A DNA stretch of 64,000 nt, taken from Parachlamydiales bacterium (GTDB lineage Bacteria; Chlamydiota; Chlamydiia; Chlamydiales; JAFEGQ01). Below the pieces are notes generated by a model. It saw only the letters and a program-made list of their open reading frames with translations, was not told the origin of the DNA and searched no databases. Shown here piece after piece: positions 27,599 to 37,438 of this stretch; within the stretch, counting starts at the first letter, position 1, and every line of letters starts with the position of its first letter. The DNA is taken from the NCBI GenBank assembly GCA_050250135.1, contig JBFWPF010000006.1, positions 8,971 to 72,970 of the forward strand, in the 5' to 3' direction. Position numbers and translations under genes: made by a program.

Positions 27599-28532
27599 CG
27601 ACGATGAGCCCCTGAAAGGCGCCGGTGGGGATGCGGCCGAGAGCGCAGCCGACCGGCACCTCCTCATCGGAGGCAGAGCGGAAGATCATCTCGAGGTGAC
27701 CCGTTTCACCCAGGTCAAGGGCGGCCACCCACTGCCGCCACTCATCGACCCCAGTCCGAACAAGCCAGTTGAAGTCGCGAACAAACCGCTCAGGGGCCCA
27801 GCCGAGAAGCCCTCGGATGAGGTTGGAGGCAAAGAGGAGGCGCTCCTCCCGCGGCGAGTAGAGGGCGATCGCCGCCCCCCGCTCCCCCCGAAACGCATCG
27901 AAAAGGGGGCGCAGGTCGATCGCATAGTCCCCCATTGAGAGCTCCTCAAACCGCTTGGACCGCCCCGCCAGGGCTCGCACCCCGGGCAGGTTTTGGGCCC
28001 TCTCGAGACACTGAACGAGGAGGGTGTGGGCATCATATTGTCCGGTCACCTCAAGGCGAGATGAGTGGGGGAGGGTCTGGGCCCACCTCTCCCCCTCGGG
28101 ATCGGCGGCAAGGGGCGGCCCACTATCGGCCTCTGGTTCAAGGTGGAGGAGGCGGCGGATCTCCCCTTTCAGGTGCTCCACCTCCCTCCCCCGCTCCTCT
28201 GCCAGCGCCTCATAGTGGTGGGCATGCTCCTCCCAACGGACAAGCCCCTCCTCCCGCTCCCGCAGGAGGGATTCATAGCCGGCATGCATCTCCCGCTCCT
28301 CCCGAAGCGCAGCCTGCAGCACAGCGACCTCCCCCCCAACAGGCTGCCCCGCCGGCTCTCCCCAGTCGACGAGAAGGAGTAGGGCCAGCCCGACAAGCCC
28401 CATCCCTCCGCCGAAGAAAAGGCCTGGCAGGCTCCAGAACCAATAAGAGAGCCCCATCAGGGGGAGGACCAGGAAGAGGAGGGCAGCAACTACTCTAGAC
28501 ATAGGGCCTTTGTGTCGTCTACAATCGCCCAT
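27561..28532 (-). CDS. Hypothetical membrane-anchored coiled-coil protein
   Basis: A 323-aa ORF whose likely start is the Met at 28502 (MSRVVAALLFLVLPLMG...). It has two N-terminal TM segments, an E/R-rich helix, and a C-terminal globular domain of unknown family. Confidence 0.5.
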   Translation of the reverse strand: MGDCRRHKGPMSRVVAALLFLVLPLMGLSYWFWSLPGLFFGGGMGLVGLALLLLVDWGEPAGQPVGGEVAVLQAALREEREMHAGYESLLREREEGLVRWEEHAHHYEALAEERGREVEHLKGEIRRLLHLEPEADSGPPLAADPEGERWAQTLPHSSRLEVTGQYDAHTLLVQCLERAQNLPGVRALAGRSKRFEELSMGDYAIDLRPLFDAFRGERGAAIALYSPREERLLFASNLIRGLLGWAPERFVRDFNWLVRTGVDEWRQWVAALDLGETGHLEMIFRSASDEEVPVGCALGRIPTGAFQGLIVAILYRLPHTPPG

Positions 28533-28561
28533 TTTAGGAACTCTTTAGCCCCCTAGCAAGC

Positions 28562-29989
28562 ATGGCCCAAAAAATCACCCCCCGAAGCACCGATTACTCC
28601 CGCTGGTACACCGATATCATCCAGCATGCCCAGCTCGCCGACCACAGCCCCGTTCGGGGGTGTATGGTGATCAGGCCCAATGGCTACTCGATCTGGGAAA
28701 AAATCCAGGCGGGGCTCGACAAGCGGTTCAAAGAGACCGGCCACCAAAATTTTTACTGCCCTATTTTTATCCCCCAGGAGTTTATCACTCGCGAGGCAAA
28801 ACATGTGGAGGGGTTTGCCCCTGAGCTTGCGGTCGTCACCCATGGGGGGGGGAAGGAGCTCGAGGAACCTCTCGTGGTCCGCCCCACTTCTGAGACCATG
28901 ATCTGGCACATGTACAAAAACTGGATCTCCTCTTGGCGAGACCTCCCCCTCCTCTACAACCAGTGGGCCAACGTCGTCCGCTGGGAGATGAGGACCCGCC
29001 TCTTCATCCGGACCACTGAGTTCCTCTGGCAGGAAGGGCACACTGCCCATGCCTCTGAAGAGGAGGCGATCGTTGAGGCGACCCGGATGCTCGAGGTCTA
29101 CCGCGCCTTTATTGAAGAGGTGATCGGGATCCCCCTTATCTGCGGCCGGAAGACCGAGAAGGAGAAATTTGCAGGCGCCGTCGAGACCTTCACCATGGAG
29201 GGGCTCATGCAGGATGGGAAGGCTCTGCAGATGGGGACCAGCCATTACCTCGGCCAGAACTTTGCCAAGGCCTTTGATGTCCAGTTTCAGAACAAACAGG
29301 GGGCGATGGAGTATGTCTACGCCACCAGTTGGGGAACCACCACTCGCCTTATCGGCGCCCTGATTATGACCCACTCCGACGACCAGGGGCTCGTCCTCCC
29401 ACCACTGCTCGCCGCCACCCAGATCGTCATCGTCCCTATCTGGAAGAGCGATGAGGATAAGAGGGCGATACGGGAATTTGTGGCCGGGCTGCTTCCCACT
29501 CTCCGGAAAGACTGGCAGGTCCACTTTGACGACCGGGAGGAGGAGACCCCCGGCTTTAAGTTCAACGAGTGGGAGCTTAAAGGTGTGCCCGTCCGCTTAG
29601 AGATCGGCCCCCGCGACCTCAAGAATGGGACGATGGTCATCGCCCGCCGGGATACCGGCGAGAAGGAGGCCCTCCCCGTCGGACAGCTCTCTGAGCGCCT
29701 TGCGTGGCTGATGCAGGAGATCCAAGTGGGCCTCTTTGAGCGGGCAAGGGAGCGCCGGGATAGCAACACGCATACTATCGATGACTATGAGGCCTTCAAG
29801 AGGCAGGCTGAGGAGGGGGGCTTTATCCGAGGCCATTGGTGCGGCAAGACCTCCTGCGAGGAGGCGATCGCCGAGGAGACCAAGGCAACCATCCGAGTGA
29901 TCCCCTTCGATCAGAAGGAGGAGAAGGGGAAGTGCCTCAAGTGCGGGAGCCCCTCAAACGGCCGCGTGATCTTTGCTAAGGCCTATTAG
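28562..29989 (+). CDS. proS: Prolyl-tRNA synthetase, short archaeal/eukaryote-like architecture
   Basis: 475 aa with class II motifs and no large INS editing insertion. It has a C-terminal Cys-containing domain and a terminal ...GRVIFAKAY (C-terminal Tyr), typical of the archaeal-type ProRS. Confidence 0.9.
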   Translation: MAQKITPRSTDYSRWYTDIIQHAQLADHSPVRGCMVIRPNGYSIWEKIQAGLDKRFKETGHQNFYCPIFIPQEFITREAKHVEGFAPELAVVTHGGGKELEEPLVVRPTSETMIWHMYKNWISSWRDLPLLYNQWANVVRWEMRTRLFIRTTEFLWQEGHTAHASEEEAIVEATRMLEVYRAFIEEVIGIPLICGRKTEKEKFAGAVETFTMEGLMQDGKALQMGTSHYLGQNFAKAFDVQFQNKQGAMEYVYATSWGTTTRLIGALIMTHSDDQGLVLPPLLAATQIVIVPIWKSDEDKRAIREFVAGLLPTLRKDWQVHFDDREEETPGFKFNEWELKGVPVRLEIGPRDLKNGTMVIARRDTGEKEALPVGQLSERLAWLMQEIQVGLFERARERRDSNTHTIDDYEAFKRQAEEGGFIRGHWCGKTSCEEAIAEETKATIRVIPFDQKEEKGKCLKCGSPSNGRVIFAKAY

Positions 29990-30406
29990 GATAGCAAAGT
30001 AAACGGCAACGCCTAGCCCGATCAACGCATAGATGACCCGCTTGAGCGGAAAGAGCCGGCTTAAAACCGACTCCCTTGGCTTCTTGGTGGGAAAATAGGC
30101 CGTTAGCGGGACCTCCCGCAGCTGCACAAGCTTGGCCTCGGCCGCCACCCTATTGGGAAAGCGCCGCCCCCCATACCGCCCCTCCCCCGCCCACCGCTTT
30201 CCCCGGTGCTCAAAATTATAGTGGGCAAAGAGCCGGTAGGTATCGGTACCCGTCTGCCGTACCTCCCACCGCTCGATCTGAGCCGCTGCCTCCCCATCGA
30301 GACGGAGGTAGCCCCACAGGCTGTAGGCCGCCCGCCCGCATAAAAAGAGGACCGCTATCCCCACAAGGGCCAAAAACAGAGGCGCATAAATTCGATTCCT
30401 AGGCAA
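29954..30406 (-). CDS. Hypothetical membrane protein (DUF3592-like)
   Basis: 150 aa with TM segments at both ends flanking a beta-rich segment ([30 protein letters not shown]). Its 3' end overlaps proS by 36 nt. Confidence 0.45.
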   Translation of the reverse strand: MPRNRIYAPLFLALVGIAVLFLCGRAAYSLWGYLRLDGEAAAQIERWEVRQTGTDTYRLFAHYNFEHRGKRWAGEGRYGGRRFPNRVAAEAKLVQLREVPLTAYFPTKKPRESVLSRLFPLKRVIYALIGLGVAVYFAILIGLSKDHAAV

Positions 30407-30479
30407 TTTTTCTCTCCACTTTGACAGAGCAGGGCCTCTACCTTATAATGCCCCCCTAATAACTCTCCATGGAGACATT

Positions 30480-30758
30480 ATGGCAGAAGAGAAAGCCAAG
30501 AGGACTAAACGGCCCACCGCCCAGAAGCGGGATGAACGCAACGCCAAGCGGCGCGACATAAACAAATCTTTTAAGTCCGAGGTCCGGACCGCTATCCGGA
30601 AGCTCGAGACCCATCTCAAGTCGGGAAGCAAGGAGGGGACCTCTGAAGCCCTTAGCCATGTCTATAGCATGATGGACAAGGGAGTTAAGCGGGGGATCTT
30701 CAAGCTCAACAAGGCCAACCGGACCAAAGCCCGCTTTGCCGCTAAGGTAGCTAGCTAG
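30480..30758 (+). CDS. rpsT: 30S ribosomal protein S20
   Basis: 92 aa and basic (KRPTAQKRDERNAKRRDINKSFKSEVRTAIRKLE). Confidence 0.9.
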   Translation: MAEEKAKRTKRPTAQKRDERNAKRRDINKSFKSEVRTAIRKLETHLKSGSKEGTSEALSHVYSMMDKGVKRGIFKLNKANRTKARFAAKVAS

Positions 30759-32169
30759 CACACTCGACGGCCCAGCCACCCCCAAGCGCCACATAGAGGT
30801 TGATCGCATCGAGGGCGATCTGCGCCTCCGCTGCGAGCCGATCATCGTCGAAAAGGCTCACCGAGCGCTCGGCATCGATTACTCTTAAGAAGTCGACAAT
30901 CCCCTGCTTGTAGAGCTCGGTGGCTAGCTCCAAGCTGCGCCGGCTGTTATCGGCTGCCTCATGGAGGAGCCGATGGCGGATCTGCTGCTGCTCAAAATTG
31001 ACAATAGCGTTGCGTACCTCCTCTAGCGAGGTAAGGACCCGCTGATGGTACTGGCAGAGGAGCTCTCCATAGCGCCGCTGCGCCAAGCGAACATTCGCCC
31101 TAAGCGCCCCTCCATGAAAAACCGGCTGGACCAAGTCGCCCCCAATTTGGAGGGCACGGCTTGAGGGCTGAAAGAGCTGGTAGATGTGCTCCGAATCGAG
31201 GCCAAGGACACCTGCAAGGGAGATGGTAGGGAAGAGGTTGGCATAGGCGACCCCAACCCGCGCCGAGGCGGCCCGCAACTCCCACTCGGCCCGCTTCAAA
31301 TCGGGGCGATTCCGGAGGACATCGCAGGGAAGCCCAATTGCGATCACCTCAGGGGGCGCCGGAATAGGCCCCCCTTCGCTCAGGAGGTCATGTAGCCTAA
31401 AAGGCTGCTTCCCGCAGAGAACTGCCAGGCGGTGCATCGCCGCATAGAGCTGCTCATAGAGAGGGGGGATGGCAGCGGCCACCGACCGTTGGAGGGCCCG
31501 TGCCTCTGAGAGATCGAGGTCACTCCCAATCCCCACATCGACCCGAACCCCGACAATCTCCACCGTCGTCTGCTGCCGCTCATTGTTTTCCTTAGCCACC
31601 TCAATCCGGCGCTGAAAGCCCCGGACATCGACGTAGGAGCGGGCCACCTCCCCCAGCAACGAGATCAGGATCGCTCGCCGGTCATTCACCGAGGCCGCCA
31701 AATCGGCCTGCGCCGCCGCTACCCCCTTCCGAAGACGGCCAAAAAGATCGATCTCCCACAAGGCCGAAAACCCGATCTGCCACCCGTTGATGAAGAAGGG
31801 GACAGGACCGATCGAGATCCCATTCACCGCTGGGTTCTTGCTCTCCAGCTCCTTGGCAAAGGTAAACTCCCCATCGATCTGCGGAAAAAACCGGGAGTAG
31901 GCGATCCGCCTCGCTTCCCTGGTCTGGAGGATCCGTTCTGTGGCCGCACAAAGATCGTAGTTATGCTCGATGGCACAGGCAATCAGCTGATCGAGGATCG
32001 GGTCACCAAAACCCTCCCACCAGGCCGCGAGGTCGGGCTCCTCGGTGGAGACCCGTTCCATCCGGACCTTCTCCCACTCGTTCACCAGCTCGACCTTCGG
32101 GGGGCAATAGCGGGGGCCAAGGTTGCAACCGGAGAGCAGGAGGAAAAAGGCAATCCGTCGCCAGGCCAT
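30751..32169 (-). CDS. Outer-membrane efflux lipoprotein (NodT/OprM/TolC family)
   Basis: 472 aa with a lipobox (FLLLSGCNLG) and two OEP repeats with typical helical signatures. Confidence 0.8.
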   Translation of the reverse strand: MAWRRIAFFLLLSGCNLGPRYCPPKVELVNEWEKVRMERVSTEEPDLAAWWEGFGDPILDQLIACAIEHNYDLCAATERILQTREARRIAYSRFFPQIDGEFTFAKELESKNPAVNGISIGPVPFFINGWQIGFSALWEIDLFGRLRKGVAAAQADLAASVNDRRAILISLLGEVARSYVDVRGFQRRIEVAKENNERQQTTVEIVGVRVDVGIGSDLDLSEARALQRSVAAAIPPLYEQLYAAMHRLAVLCGKQPFRLHDLLSEGGPIPAPPEVIAIGLPCDVLRNRPDLKRAEWELRAASARVGVAYANLFPTISLAGVLGLDSEHIYQLFQPSSRALQIGGDLVQPVFHGGALRANVRLAQRRYGELLCQYHQRVLTSLEEVRNAIVNFEQQQIRHRLLHEAADNSRRSLELATELYKQGIVDFLRVIDAERSVSLFDDDRLAAEAQIALDAINLYVALGGGWAVECAS

Positions 32170-32171
32170 GG

Positions 32172-33068
32172 CTAAGAGGCCTCAATTTTCACATCGACCC
32201 GCTGTCCGATGTAGACCGGAAGACCGCTTGGGTCAAACCCGTAAACCACCTGAAGAACCCTCTCCCCCTTTCTCCCCTCTTCATTCGGGACCACATAGGG
32301 CTGCACGTAGAGAAACTGGAGCGGAAAGCGGATCGAGGGGTTTCCCTTGAGGGCCGCACTTGCCTTCGCCTTCGGGTTAAACCGCCACACATCATTCTCA
32401 TTTACCGCCACCTTAACTTGGTACTGATCCCCTCCCACCACTACTAGAGGCTCTCCCCCCTCCCCAGCCGCCGCAAATTCTCCCGCATCGACATTCACCA
32501 CCAGAACCTGCCCCTCCAGCGGAGCGCGCATCGTGAGCAGATCAAGGTTGGTCTCCGCGACCTTTAGCCGCGCCCTAGCCCGCATCTCCTCTGCCATCGC
32601 CGTATCGAGCCGCGCTTCGGCCAGTTGCTTGGCAAACCGCCTCTTGTTGACCTCATCGAGGCTCACAGCCCTTTTGTCGGTGATCCGCTCCACCCGTTCG
32701 TACTGGTCGGTCCGGTCGGCCACCTCCTCCTTTGCCTCGGCTACCCGCTTCTTAGCCACCTCCAGGTCGGTCCTCGCCAGCTGGAGCTGAGCCTTTGCGT
32801 CCCGGTCATCGAGCTTAAAGAGGGGTTGCCCCCGCGCTACCTTGTCACCCACCTTCACATAGACGTCGGTTACCACACCCGAGACATTGCTCCCGACATT
32901 CGACTGGTTCGGACCTGCCTCGACAATCCCTGTGGCCGTTATAGCCCCGTGCGAAGAGGAGTGCACCTCCTCCCTCTTCTCCCTGGGCGCGACCGTAACT
33001 ATGACGGCCGCCACCGCAATCCCGAGCACAACGACCCCAATAACTAGAACGCCCTGCCATCGCTTCAT
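32172..33068 (-). CDS. HlyD-family periplasmic adaptor (membrane fusion protein)
   Basis: 298 aa with an N-terminal TM segment, a lipoyl-like motif (GVVTDVYVKVGDKVARGQPLFKLD), a coiled-coil hairpin and a beta-barrel domain. It lies immediately upstream of the OMF gene. Confidence 0.8.
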   Translation of the reverse strand: MKRWQGVLVIGVVVLGIAVAAVIVTVAPREKREEVHSSSHGAITATGIVEAGPNQSNVGSNVSGVVTDVYVKVGDKVARGQPLFKLDDRDAKAQLQLARTDLEVAKKRVAEAKEEVADRTDQYERVERITDKRAVSLDEVNKRRFAKQLAEARLDTAMAEEMRARARLKVAETNLDLLTMRAPLEGQVLVVNVDAGEFAAAGEGGEPLVVVGGDQYQVKVAVNENDVWRFNPKAKASAALKGNPSIRFPLQFLYVQPYVVPNEEGRKGERVLQVVYGFDPSGLPVYIGQRVDVKIEAS

Positions 33069-33083
33069 AAATTTTTTTATATA

Positions 33084-34457
33084 CTAAAGGCGCGATCCAA
33101 GTCGAGAGGTACGGACCCTGCGCCGCTCGACCATCCCCCCTACCTGGGCCTCATCGCCCAACAGGAGGAAGCCGCGGCGCGCCCGAGTGAGGGCCGTATA
33201 GAAAAGCTCCCGCCCGAACTTATCGCTGCCGGGACTCATCACAAAGGCGACCCGCTCAAATTCACTCCCCTGGCTCTTGTGAACCGAGAGGCAGTAGGCC
33301 AGCTCATAAGGGGGAAGTCCTCCTTCCGGCACCCTGCGCATCTCCCCGTCCGGCCCGAGGAACCACCCATATCCCTCCGCCAAAAGGCCCATCTCGCCGT
33401 TATAGAGCGCAAGGTCGTAGGCGTTCCTTGTGATGATAATGGGGACAACGCTATCCCCTAGGCGGCTATGGAAGAGTTTATTTAGCCCTTCAATCCCAAA
33501 CTCCCCCTTGCGGATGGGGGCGAGGAGGCGAAACCTCATCAGCTCTCCAAACAGCTCCGGTGTTACTTCACCCCCCGGCGGAAATAGGGGGGCCACCTCC
33601 TGGAGCAGGGCCTCTCGCGTCAGAGGTAAGGTCGGAAGGCGCCCGCTCCAAATGCCCCCCTTCACCTCGTTGGCCACCTCGACAAGCTCCTCGGTCTCCA
33701 CCCGCAGGCATCGGGTCAAGTGGGCCGCCGCCTCTGGCAAGCACCTCACCATATCGGCAAAGAGCCCTCCCGCCCCTACCGGCGGGAGTTGATCGGGATC
33801 TCCCATAAGGACCAAACGAGCCCCCTCGGGAATTGCCGAAAGGAGGGCCGCCATCATCTCCACATCGATCATCGAGGCCTCATCGACTAAGAGCAGGTCG
33901 ATCGGCAGCCCCTTTTTCTGGAGGAGCCGGTGGAGGGTCACCACCTCCCTCTCCCCTCCAAGCGCCTTGGCCAGATTCCCCGCCGCCTTCCCTGTCGGCG
34001 CGGCCAAGGCAATACGGTGGGTCGGGTCCCTCTCCCCAATCTCCCGAATCAGCTGAGCCGCCGTAAAGGTCTTTCCGGTCCCCGGCCCCCCTGTTAGCAG
34101 GGTAAGGGGCCTCTGCTGGACCGCCCCAATGGCCGCCCCTTGCTCCTCAGTTACTCCCTCCCCCTCGAAGGAGAGGGGGATCCGGGGAGGAGATCCCAGG
34201 ATCCGCTTCAGATGGCGCGCCACCTCCCCCTCCGCCGCCCAGTGGCGCTGCAGGTAATAGGCCTCCCCTGCCTTCACCACCGGCGCGTCGGGGTAAAGCT
34301 CCTCCCCTTCATAGACCAGCCCCTGCGGCAACCGAGGCTCCCCTTCCGGAAAAAAGCAGAGATCCCCCTCCCTTGCTGACGCAAAGAGCTCTGCAAGGAA
34401 GAGCTGCCCCTCCCGCTGCTGGCACCAATGCTCTCCAAACAACCGATCTATTTCCAT
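33084..34457 (-). CDS. recD: Exodeoxyribonuclease V alpha subunit
   Basis: 457 aa with Walker A GGPGTGKTFT, Walker B LLLVDEASMI and C-terminal SVHKSQGSEF. Its start overlaps the recB stop. Confidence 0.88.
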   Translation of the reverse strand: MEIDRLFGEHWCQQREGQLFLAELFASAREGDLCFFPEGEPRLPQGLVYEGEELYPDAPVVKAGEAYYLQRHWAAEGEVARHLKRILGSPPRIPLSFEGEGVTEEQGAAIGAVQQRPLTLLTGGPGTGKTFTAAQLIREIGERDPTHRIALAAPTGKAAGNLAKALGGEREVVTLHRLLQKKGLPIDLLLVDEASMIDVEMMAALLSAIPEGARLVLMGDPDQLPPVGAGGLFADMVRCLPEAAAHLTRCLRVETEELVEVANEVKGGIWSGRLPTLPLTREALLQEVAPLFPPGGEVTPELFGELMRFRLLAPIRKGEFGIEGLNKLFHSRLGDSVVPIIITRNAYDLALYNGEMGLLAEGYGWFLGPDGEMRRVPEGGLPPYELAYCLSVHKSQGSEFERVAFVMSPGSDKFGRELFYTALTRARRGFLLLGDEAQVGGMVERRRVRTSRLGSRL

Positions 34458-37438
34458 TCGAGCTCCTCTGGCGTTAAAAAGAGCTTCCCTCCCGCTCCTC
34501 CAGCAAAGCCCCGCAGGAAGAGGTAGTAGAATCCGGCAAGGGGAGGCCCTCCGATGAGCTGCAGGTAGCGCCTTACCCCTTCTGCATAGAGCTTAGCCTG
34601 CAACCCGTAGTCGTGGCGCGCCATCTCCTCCCACAGAGTCTCCTCCCGGTAGTCGGGGAGCCGATTCGACTTCCAGTCGAGCAGGTAACTTTTCCCCTCA
34701 TGGACGAAGAAGAGATCGATGATCCCTCCGACCATCCCATTGGAAACGGGATAGAGGAAATCCCCCTCCACCATCCGATGGCGCACATCCCGCAGGCAAA
34801 ACCCTCCCAGATCTCCCCCAAAAGCCCCTTCGACGATCCGAGCCAGCGTCTCCTCCCACCCCGCAAGGCGCCCCCGCGTAACCCGCCTCACATGGGGGAG
34901 TGCTGCTTCCCGCGGCGGTACCTTCTCTAACAGCTCGTGGAGAACGAGCCCCGTTTCGGCTCCCGCTGGCAGCTCCTGAAACTCCCCGCTCAAGGTTTCG
35001 ATCGCTACCGGCTCACCCTCCCCTTGCGCCAGGCCGGTAAATGACTGGACCAGCTCCAGCTCAACTCTAGGCATCGTCAGACGGGGCCTTTCTACCCCCT
35101 CCTCAGCCGGTTTTTCCCGCTTCGCCGGCACAATCTCCGGCACCTCAATGTAAAGCGGCTTTACATTTGCCTTATCGAGATAGAGCTGCACCGGTGACCC
35201 TTTCTCCTCGGCAACTGGGATATAGACCCGATCCTTTGCCCGAGTGACCGCCACATAGAAGAGGCGCATTTTTTCCGCCTCTTCCTCGTCGAGTCGCCGC
35301 TGACGCTCCTCTGCACTCCCCCCATCGCCACTCCAAAAGGTCTGCCCATCCCGCCTAAACGGAACGAGCCCCCTCCCACCCCCACTCCGCGACGCAAGGC
35401 CAAGGGCAAACACCACACCAAACTCAAGCCCCTTGCTGGCAAAGATCGTCAGCACGTGCACCGCATCAGAGGCATCGAGATCGCGCAAGACCCATCGCTC
35501 ATCCACGCCCGCTTCTAGCTTATGGAAAAAAGCGAGCAGATCAGGTGGCTCTGCATCGGCAACCCATGCCGCAAGTTCGTGGAGCAAATTGAGCCGCTCT
35601 CCCCTGCTTACGAGCCGCTCCTCAGTCGTGTGACCCTGCCACTTGCACCGCAGGAGCGCTTCGTAGAAGGGATAAAAACCCCGCTCCTTGAGCACATGGC
35701 TTAATGCGTGAAGGTTAGCAAACGCCTCCCCATCCCATTGGGAGGGAGCTAGCCCGATGAGAGGCGAGGCGAGGGCCGTCCGCCCCTTTAGCCCATCGCC
35801 CGGATCAAGCGCTGCTGCCACCACATGGTAAAGGGGCCAAAATAGCGGATACTCTGCCGGTGCAACGCCCCTTACTGATCGTGTGGGAATCCCCCACTCA
35901 GCTAGATGAGCTGCCACCCGCTTCCCCTGATACCGATCGGAGACCAGAACGGCAAAATGGGAATAGGGGAGACCATGTTCCTCTACAAGCGTGGTGATCT
36001 CCTGTCCGATAAACGGAATCAACTCGCCAACCCCTTTCGCGGCAAAGAACTGGACCGCCCCCTCCCGGCTTAAGGCATTGTCCTCCTTTACCCCGGCCTC
36101 AACAGCGGGGCACTCGATTCCCTTTCCCCTCTCTGGCAGCGGTATGGGATCGGTAACCGTCTCGGGCGCAAACAGGGTGTTCAGCCCCTTAACCAGGCCA
36201 GGCCTTGAGCGGTAGTTGGTTCCCAGACCAAAGCGGGCCTCCTCACCGAGCGCCTCCAATGCTGCCAGATAGGCGTAGATATCGGCATTCCGAAAGGCGT
36301 AGATCGACTGCTTGGGATCCCCCACGAGAATAAGCTGCTGATGGCCAAAAAGGCGCTGCAGGATCGTCCACTGCAGCGGATCGGTATCCTGAAACTCATC
36401 GACGATAGCCGTGGTGAATCGGCGACTAACAGCCCCGCAGAATTCGGTTTTACGTGTCGCCTTCTCCATCGCCTCAACCATCCCATCAAAGGTCAGGCGG
36501 CTCTCCTTAGGGAGACGAAGAGCGAGCCTCTCCCGCGCTCCAACAGCCATCTGAGCGAGGATCTGCAGGGGGCTTGCGGCCTCCTCATAGAGGGCCGCAA
36601 CGGGCTCTAACGCCTTTTCAAGCTCACCCCGCATTCCTTTTGCCTTGAGCTCGCCCCGCACCACCTTTTCCAAGAAGGGATTCCCCTCGGCTACCCACCG
36701 ATCGAAATCGGCAGAAGAGCTTTTTGCAAAGGCCTCAAAACTCGCTACCACCTCCGGCTTTAAATTGCCCGACCGATCGGCAAGCCCCTTGTATCCTTTT
36801 CCGATTTCGCAGAGCCGCTCTGCCGAAGGGAGGGGGACCCACACCCGCTCCACCTCCTTTGCCAGCACCTCAAAGGGGCGTGCCGCCACAATCTGACCAC
36901 TCCTCTCCGCTGCACGGAGGACCTCTCGGGCGAGCTGATCGGCCTCCCCGCCGGCCCAGCGCAACACCCTTCCCAACTGCCCCTCGCTAAACCTCCCTTC
37001 CAAACAGGTGCGGAAGTAGCCCTTAACCACCTGGAGCCGCTCCTCTTGAGACACCTCCTCACCCTGCAGGGGCGTCAGATCGGCCTCCACCGGAAAGGCG
37101 GTCAACATCTCGTGGCAAAAGCCGTGAAGGGTAGAGATCTTTGCCTCATCAAAAGCAGCCAGAGCCCGGTGCAAAGGGGCACTCTCAGTCATATACGGCA
37201 GGGGATCAGCGATCGCCTTAACCAGCGCCTCCCGGATCCTCACGCGCAGCTCCCGCGTGGCCGCCTTTGTGAAGGTGACTACCAGAATTTCACCCACCCC
37301 TTTTCCGGCGAGCAGGAGGCGGATAAAGAGGTGCTCGATCGTAAACGTCTTCCCCGTCCCTGCCGACGCCTCCAACAGATAGGAACCGCTCACATCGCGC
37401 TTCGGATCGAGAACATCAAATCGCTTCACGACAGACAC
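34448..37438 (-). CDS. recB: Exodeoxyribonuclease V beta subunit (UvrD-like helicase plus PD-(D/E)xK nuclease)
   Basis: 996 aa with Walker A ASAGTGKTFT, IVDEFQDTD, and a C-terminal nuclease motif (GIIDLFF...YLLDWKSN). Confidence 0.88.
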   Translation of the reverse strand: MSVVKRFDVLDPKRDVSGSYLLEASAGTGKTFTIEHLFIRLLLAGKGVGEILVVTFTKAATRELRVRIREALVKAIADPLPYMTESAPLHRALAAFDEAKISTLHGFCHEMLTAFPVEADLTPLQGEEVSQEERLQVVKGYFRTCLEGRFSEGQLGRVLRWAGGEADQLAREVLRAAERSGQIVAARPFEVLAKEVERVWVPLPSAERLCEIGKGYKGLADRSGNLKPEVVASFEAFAKSSSADFDRWVAEGNPFLEKVVRGELKAKGMRGELEKALEPVAALYEEAASPLQILAQMAVGARERLALRLPKESRLTFDGMVEAMEKATRKTEFCGAVSRRFTTAIVDEFQDTDPLQWTILQRLFGHQQLILVGDPKQSIYAFRNADIYAYLAALEALGEEARFGLGTNYRSRPGLVKGLNTLFAPETVTDPIPLPERGKGIECPAVEAGVKEDNALSREGAVQFFAAKGVGELIPFIGQEITTLVEEHGLPYSHFAVLVSDRYQGKRVAAHLAEWGIPTRSVRGVAPAEYPLFWPLYHVVAAALDPGDGLKGRTALASPLIGLAPSQWDGEAFANLHALSHVLKERGFYPFYEALLRCKWQGHTTEERLVSRGERLNLLHELAAWVADAEPPDLLAFFHKLEAGVDERWVLRDLDASDAVHVLTIFASKGLEFGVVFALGLASRSGGGRGLVPFRRDGQTFWSGDGGSAEERQRRLDEEEAEKMRLFYVAVTRAKDRVYIPVAEEKGSPVQLYLDKANVKPLYIEVPEIVPAKREKPAEEGVERPRLTMPRVELELVQSFTGLAQGEGEPVAIETLSGEFQELPAGAETGLVLHELLEKVPPREAALPHVRRVTRGRLAGWEETLARIVEGAFGGDLGGFCLRDVRHRMVEGDFLYPVSNGMVGGIIDLFFVHEGKSYLLDWKSNRLPDYREETLWEEMARHDYGLQAKLYAEGVRRYLQLIGGPPLAGFYYLFLRGFAGGAGGKLFLTPEELEWK

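Noticed and set aside
28553-29524. A 323-aa minus-strand ORF covering most of proS.
   Set aside because: It is antisense to an unmistakable ProRS gene. Its sequence is low-complexity and G/P/D/L-rich, as expected for stop-poor antisense frames in GC-rich DNA.
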